Source: the human T2T-CHM13v2.0 reference genome, Homo sapiens
Length of the DNA: 64,000 nucleotides
NCBI RefSeq assembly: GCF_009914755.1
Contig: NC_060926.1
Direction: 5' to 3' (one strand)
The position numbers and the translations under genes are program-made. Position 1 is the first letter of the stretch. Every line of letters starts with the position of its first letter. Positions 56,601 through 64,000 of this stretch are shown here, in pieces. The notes beneath the pieces were generated by a model, which had not been told where the DNA came from, did no database searches, and was given only the letters and a program-made list of their open reading frames with translations.

Positions 56601-59600
56601 GTCGAATGCAATCATCATCGAATGGAATTGAATGGAACCAACGAATGGAATACAAAGGAATCATAGAATGGACTCGAATGGAATCATCATTGAATGGAAT
56701 GAAATGGAATCATCATGGAATGGAATTGAATGGAATCATCGAATGGACTCGAAAGGAATTATGCTCGAATGGAATCTAATGGAATCATCAAATGGACTCA
56801 AATGGAATCATCATCGAATGAAATCGTATGGAATCATCGAATGCAACTGAATGGAATCATTGAATGGACTTGAAAGGAATTATTATGGAATGGAATTGAA
56901 TGCAATCATTGAATGGACTTGAAAGGAATCATCATCAAGTGGAATCGAATGGAATCATTGAATGGACTCGAATTGAATCTTTGAATGGAATCGAATGGAA
57001 TCATCATTGAATGGAGTCAAATGGAATCATCATCAAATGGAATTGAATGGAATCTTCATTGAATGGACTCGAATGGAATCATCATCAAATGGAATCTAAT
57101 CGAATCATCAATGAAGGGAATCGAATGGAATCATCATCGAATGGAATCGAATGGAATCATCAACAAGTGGAAACGAATGAAATCATCGAATGGAATCGAA
57201 TGGTGTCAGCGAATGGACACGAAAGGAATCATCGAATGGAATCAAATGGAATCACCATCGAATGGAATCCAATGGAATCACCATCGAATGGAATGTTATG
57301 AAATCATCTCATGGACTCGAAGGGAATCATCATCGAATGGAATCGAATGGAATCATTGAATGAAATGGAAAGGAATCACCATCGAATGGAATGTTATGGA
57401 ATCTTCTAATGGACTCGAAGGGAATCATCATCGAATGGAATCGAATGGAATCATTGAATGCAATTGAATGGAATCATCATCAAATGGAATCGAATGGAAT
57501 CATCGAATGGAATCTGAATGGAATCATCAATGAATGGAATCAAATGGAATCATCTAATGGACGTGAATGGAATCATCATCGAAAGCAATGAAATGTAATT
57601 CAATCGAATGGACATGAATGGAATCATCATTGAATGGAATCAAATGGAATCATCAAATGGAATAGAATGGAGTCATGGTCGAATGTAATCGAATGTAATC
57701 ATCGAATGGCATCGAATGGAATCATCGACTGGAAAAGAATGGAATCATCATCGAATGGAAATGAATAGAATCACAGAATGAAATCGAATGGAATCATCAT
57801 CGAATGGAGTCTAATGGAATAATCATCGAATGGAATAGAATGGAATCATCGAGTGGACACGAATGGAATCATCATTGAATGGAATCGAATAGAATCATCA
57901 AATGGACTTGAATGGAAACATCATCGAATCTAATTGAATTTAGTCATTGAATGGCATTGAGTGGAATCATCATTGAATGGAATCTAAGGAAATCATCGAA
58001 TGGACTCGAGTGGAATCATCGAATGGACTCGAGGGGAATCATCATCGAATGGATTCGACTGTAATCATCGAATGGACTCGAGGGGAATCATCATCGAATG
58101 GATTCGACTGTAATCATCGATTGGACTCGAATGGAATCATCATTGAATGGAATCGAATGGAATCAACGAATGGACTCGAATAGAATCATCACCGAATGGA
58201 ATCGAATGGAATCAGAGAATGGACTCTAATGGAGTCATCATCAAATGGAATCTAATGGAATCATCTAATGGACCTGAAAGGAATCATCATTGAATGGAAT
58301 GGAATGGAATCATCGAATGGACTCGAATGGAATCATCATCGAAGGGAATCTAATGGAATCATTGAATGGACTCGAATGGAATAATCGAATGGGCTTGAGT
58401 GGAATCATCATCAAATGGAATCGAATGCAATCATCAAATGGACTCGAATGGAATCATCGTCAAATCGAATCGAATGGAATCATCATCAAAGGGAATCGAA
58501 TGGAATCCTCATCGAATGGAATCGAACGGAATCATCATCGAATGGAATCACCAAATTGAATCGAATGGAATGATCGTCAAAGACAATCGAAGGGAAACAT
58601 CGAATGGGATTGAACAGAGTCATCGAATGGAATCGATAGGAATCATCGAATGGATTCAAATGGAATCATCAACGAATGGAAACGAACGGAACATCGAATG
58701 GACACGAATGGAATCATCATCAAATAGGATTTAATGGAAACATCAAATGGCATCGAAAGGAACCACCGTTGAATGGAATCGAATGGAATCATCGAATGGC
58801 ATCGAATGGAATCATCATCAAATAGGATTTAATGGAAACATCAAATGGCATCGAAAGGAACCACCGTTGAATGGAATCGAATGGAATCATCGAATGGCAT
58901 CGAATGGAATCATCATCGAATAAAATCAAATGGAATAATCGAATGTACTCGAATGGAATCATCAAATGGATTTGAGAGGAATCATCATCGAATGGAATTG
59001 AACAGAATCATCAAATGGACTCGAATGGAATCCTCATTGAATGGAATCGAATGGAATCATTCAATGGAGTCGAATGGAATAATCAGCAAATGGAATCGAA
59101 TGGAATCATTGAATATCAACGAATGGAATCATCATCGAATGGAGTCGAATGGAATCATCAAACGAACTCGAATGCAATCATCATAGAATGGAATCGAATG
59201 GAATCTTTGAATGGACCTGAATGGAATCATCATCGAATGCAAACGAATGGAATCATCATCAAATGGAATCACATGGAATCATCAAATGGAAAAGAATTGA
59301 ATAATCATAGAAAGGAATTGAATAGAATCATCGAATGAAACCGAATGGAATCATCATCGAATGGAATCGAATGGAATCATCAACAAGTGGAAACGAATGA
59401 AATCATCGAATGGAATCAAATGGTGTCATCGAATGGACACGAAAGGAATCATCGAATGGAATCAAATGGAATCACCATCGAATGCAATCAAATGGAATCA
59501 CCATCGAATGGAATGTTATGAAATCATCTCATGGACTCGAAGGGAATCATCATCGAATGGAATCGAATGTAATCATTGAATGAAATGGAAAGGAATCACC

Positions 59601-59670
59601 ATCGAATGGAATGTTATGGAATCTTCTAATGGACTAGAAGGGAATCATCATCGAATGGAATCGAATGGAA
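44660..59670 (+). repeat. Four near-identical copies of a derived ~3.7 kb unit (3701, 3750, 3701, 3848 bp)
   Basis: Landmarks 44691, 48392, 52142, 55843; 45895, 49596, 53346, 57047; 48062, 51812, 55513, 59361. The translated ORFs are almost all identical between copies. Confidence 0.93.
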
Positions 59671-62600
59671 TCACCAACGAATGGAATTCAAAGGAATCAT
59701 CATCGAATGGAACCAAATAGAATCATCAAATGGACTCGAAAGGAATCATCGAATGGACTCGAATGGAGTTGTCATCGAATGGAATCAAATGGAATCATCG
59801 AACAGAATTGAATCGAATCCTCATTGAATGAAATCAAATGGAATCATTGAATGGACTCGAATGGAAGCAATATCAAATGGAATCGAAAGGAATCATGGAA
59901 TGCATTCAAAGGGAATAATCAAATGGACTCAAATGGAATCAACATCAAGTGGAATCGAAAGGAATCATCGAATTGACAGGAATGGAATCATCATCGAATG
60001 GAATCGAATGGGATCATCGAAAGGACTCGAATCAAATCTTCAAAAGTACTCAAAGGGAATCATTGTAGAATGGAAATGAATAGATTCATCAGACAGCCTC
60101 GAATGGAAACATCATTGAATGGAATTGATTGGAAACATCGAATTCACTCGAATGGAATGATCATCTGATGGAATTCAAGGGAATCATCGAATGGACACAA
60201 ATGGAATCATCATCAAATGGAATCCTTTGGAACGATCGAATGGAATCGCATGGAATTATCAAATGGAATCGAATGGAATCATCTTTGAATGGAATCAAAT
60301 GGAATCATCGAATGGAATCGAATGCAATCATCATTGAATGGAATCGAATGGAATCATCGAATGGTATCCAAAGGAATGAGCATTGAATGCCCTCGCATGG
60401 AATCATCATCATATAGAGTAGAAAGGAATCATTGAATGGACTCGAATGGAACCATCATTGAATGGAAACACCAAATGGAATCAAATGGAATCATCATCAA
60501 ATGAAATCAAACGGAATCATCAAATGGAATCGAATGGAATCATCATTGAATGGACTCGAATAGAATCTTTCAATGAAATTGAATGGAATCAGCATGAAAT
60601 GGAATCTAAAGGAATCATAGAATGGTATCGAATGGAATCATCATCGAATGGAATGGAATGGAACGGAATGGAATCAGCATCGAATGGAATCAAAAGCAAT
60701 CATTCAATGGACTCTAATAGAATCAGCGAATAGACTTGAATGTAATCATCATCGAATGGAGAAGAATGGAATCATCCAATGGACACGAATGGAATCATCC
60801 TCGAATGCAATCGAATGGAATCATATAATGGACCCGAATGGAATCATCATTGAATGGAATAGAATGGAATCGTCATCGAATCGTCTCGTATGGAATCATC
60901 TAATGAACCCGAATGGAATCATCGTCGAAATGAATAGAATGCAATCATCATCAAATGGAATCGAATGGAATCATCATCAAATAGAATCGAATGGAATCAT
61001 CAAATGGAATCGAATGGAGTCATTGTCTAATGCAATCGAATGAAATCATAGAATGGAATCCCATGGAATCAACATCGAATGGAATCGATTGGAATCATTA
61101 TCAAATAGAATTGAATGGAATCACTGAATGGAATCATCATCAAATGGACTCCAACGGAATCATCGAATTGACTCTAATGGAATCATCACTGAATGGAATA
61201 GAATGGAATAATCAAATGGAAACGAATGGAATCATCATCGAATGGAATCGAATGGTATCATCAAATGCACTTGAATGGAATCATCAATGAATGGAATCGA
61301 ATGGTATAATCGAATGGAATCAAATGGAATCATCTTCGAGTGGAACCTAAAGGAATCGCCAAATGGACTCCAATGGAATAATCATCGTATGGAATCGAGT
61401 GGAATCATCGAATGTACTCGAATGGAATCATCGAATGTACTCGAATGGAATCATCGAATGGAATCGAATGGAATCATGGTCGAACGGAAAAGAATGGAAT
61501 CATCAAGTGGACACGAATGGAATCAACATCTAATGGAATGGAATGGAATCATCAAATGGAATGGAATGGAATCATCATCGAATGGAATAAAATGGAATCA
61601 TCAAATGGAATCAAATGGAATCATCAATGAATGGAATCGAATGGTATCATGGAATGGAATTGAATGGAATCGTCTTTGAGTGGAATCTAAAGGAATCACC
61701 GAATGGACTCCAATCATCAGATGGAATCGAGTGGAATCATCGAATGTAGTCGAATGCAATCATCATCGAATGGAATTGAATGGAATCAACGAATGGAATA
61801 CAAAGGAATCATAGAATGGACTCGAATGGAATCATCATTGAATGGAATGAAATGGAATCATCATGGAATGGAATTGAATGGAATCATCGAAAGGACTCGA
61901 AAGGAATTATGCTCGAATGGAGTCTAATGGAATCATCAAATGGACTCAAATGGAATCATCATCGAATGAAATCGTATGGAATCATCGAATGCAACTGAAT
62001 GGAATCATTGAATGGACTTGAAAGGAATTATTACGGAATGGAATTGAATGGAATCATTGAATGGACTTGAAAGGAATCATCATCAAGTAGAATCGAATGG
62101 AATCGTTGAATGGACTCGAATTGAATCTTTGAATGGAATCGAATGGAATCATCATTGAATGGAGTCAAATGGAATCATCATCAAATGGAATTGAATGGAA
62201 TCTTCATTGAATGGACTCGAATGGAATCATCATCAAATGGAATCTAATCGAATCATCAGTGAAGGGAATCGAATGGAATCATCATCGAATGGAATCGAAT
62301 GGAATCATCAACAAGTGGAAACGAATGAAATCATCGAATGGAATCCAATGGTGTCATCGAATGGACACGAAAGGAATCATCGAATGGAATCAAATGGAAT
62401 CACCATCAAATGGAATCGAATGGAATCACCATCGAATGGAATGTTATGAAATCATCTCATGGACTCGAAGGGAATCATCATCGAATGGAATCGAATGGAA
62501 TCATTGAATGAAATGGAAAGGAATCACCATCGAATGGAATCTTATGGAATCTTCTAATGGACTCGAAGGGAATCATCATCGAATGGAATCGAATGGAATC

Positions 62601-64000
62601 ATTGAATGCAATTGAATGGAATCATCATCAAATGGAATCGAATGGAATCATCGAATGGAATCTGAATGGAATCATGAATGAATGGAATCAAATGGAATCA
62701 TCTAATGGACGTGAAAGGAATCATCATCGAAAGCAATGAAATGTAATTCAATCGAATGGACATGAATGGAATCATCATTGAATGGAATCAAATGGAATCC
62801 TCATCGAATGGAATCGAATGGAATCATCAAATGGAATAGAATGGAGTCATCGTCGAATGTAATCGAATGTAATCATCGAATGGCATCGAATGGAATCATC
62901 GACTGGAAAAGAATGGAATCATCATCGAATGGAAATGAATAGAATCACAGAATGAAATCGAATAGAATCATCATCGAATGGAGTCTAATGGAATAATCAT
63001 CGAATGGAATAGAATGGAATCATCGAGTGGACACAAATGGAATCATCATTGAATGGAATCGAATAGAATCATCAAATGGACTTGAATGGAAACAACATCG
63101 AATGGAATCGAATTTAGTCATTGAATTGCATTGAGTGGAATCATAATTGAATGGAATCTAAGGAAATCATCGAATGGACTGGAGTGGAATCATCGAATGG
63201 ACTCGAGGGGAATCATCATCGAATGGAATCGACTGTAATCATCGATTGGACTCGAATGGAATCATCATTGAATGGAATCGAATGGAATCAATTAATGGAC
63301 TCGAATAGAATCATCATCGAATGGAATCGAATGGAATCAAAGAATGGACTCTAATGGAGTCATCATCAAATGGAATCTAATGGAATCATCTAATGGACCT
63401 GAAAGGAATCATCATTGAATGGAATCGAATGGAATCATCGAATGGACTCGAATGGAATCATCATCGAATAGAATCTAATGGAATCATTGAATGGACTCGA
63501 ATGGAATAATCGAATGGGCTTGAGTGGAATCATCATCAAATGGAATCGAATGGAATCATCAAATGGACTCGAATGGAATCATCGTCAAATGGAATCGAAT
63601 GGAATCATCATCAAAGGGAATCGAATGGAATCCTCATCGAATGGAATCGAACGGAATCATCATCGAATGGAATCACCAAATTGAATCGAATGCAATGATC
63701 ATCAAAGACAATCGAAGGGAAACATCGAATGGGATTGAACGGAGTCATCGAATGGAATCGATAGGAATCATCGAATGGATTCAAATGGAATCATCATTGA
63801 ATGGAAACGAACGGAATCATCGAATGGACACGAATGGAATCATCATCAAATAGGATTGAATGGAATCATCAAATGGACTCGAATGGAATCCTCATTGAAT
63901 GGAATCGAATGGAATCATTGAATGGAGTCCAATGGAATCATCAGCAAATGGAATCTAATGGAATCATTGAATATCAACGAATGGAATCATCATCGAATGG
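59670..64000 (+). repeat. Return to ancestral unit order, with a ~1.6 kb deletion at ~60000 and a 170-bp deletion at ~63870
   Basis: The offset to the 42-44 kb unit drops from 17911 (41917/59828) to 16300 (44146/60446). At ~63870 the equivalent of 39561-39730 is missing. Confidence 0.8.

Larger units (their letters stand above)
1..64000 (+). repeat. Human satellite II (HSat2/HSATII) tandem array, GAATG strand on +; probably the HSat2B-type subfamily with a ~6 kb unit
   Basis: Continuous GAATGGAATC(ATC)1-2 / GAATGGACTC units with abundant TCGA. This matches the reverse complement of the classical satellite 2 pattern (ATTCC ATTCG plus 1-2 ATG). No non-satellite sequence is seen. The subfamily call rests only on the ~6.2-6.6 kb period and is less certain than the family call. 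Confidence 0.97.

Noticed and set aside
39130-60010. Similar size of the 1613-bp duplication and the 1611-bp deletion, suggesting reciprocal products
   Set aside because: They involve largely different parts of the unit with different breakpoints, so this is probably coincidence.
33-63853. Hundreds of 60-190 aa ORFs (MESSNGIEWNHH-type), e.g. 10966-11544 and 4947-5492
   Set aside because: They overlap in all three + frames, are low complexity and recur with the repeat. ATG-rich satellite generates them by chance and no protein domain is recognisable. They were used only as positional landmarks.
1-64000. CRISPR-like or other repeat-spacer system
   Set aside because: There are no unique spacers and no associated genes; every segment is a variant of the same satellite unit.
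1-64000. Inversions, Alu/L1 insertions, alpha satellite, telomeric repeats
   Set aside because: No switch to a CATTC-rich strand, poly(A) tail or non-satellite sequence was seen.
1-64000. Assignment to a specific chromosome (e.g. the 16q11.2 ~6.1 kb HSat2B array)
   Set aside because: The unit size is compatible, but related arrays occur on several chromosomes and in apes. An alignment to T2T assemblies is needed.
1-64000. Heat-shock elements from the abundant nGAAn
   Set aside because: The GAA units are head-to-tail. I did not see canonical alternating nGAAnnTTCnnGAAn arrays.

Overview
The whole 64-kb window is one uninterrupted array of classical satellite II DNA (HSat2/HSATII, human or great-ape pericentromeric heterochromatin), with the purine-rich GAATG strand on + throughout. 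It is built from diverged GGAAT/CGAAT pentamers plus ATC triplets, giving 23- and 26-bp units such as GAATGGAATCATCGAATGGACTC. I see no genes, RNA genes, transposon insertions or inversions, and all listed ORFs are translation artefacts of the repeat. I found no new gene-based system. The informative structure is the higher-order architecture. Using recurrent ORFs as landmarks, an ancestral ~6.2-6.6 kb unit (HSat2B-like, tentative) has been repeatedly deleted, duplicated and recombined. Products include a ~2.9 kb truncated unit, a 2x ~4.7 kb block, three near-complete 6.2-6.6 kb units, 1.1, 4.7 and 1.6 kb duplications, and a very young 4x ~3.7 kb array arranged A-B-A-B (7451-bp super-period). 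Most small indels are sums of 23 and 26 bp. Breakpoints were read by eye and are approximate because junctions lie in microhomology.
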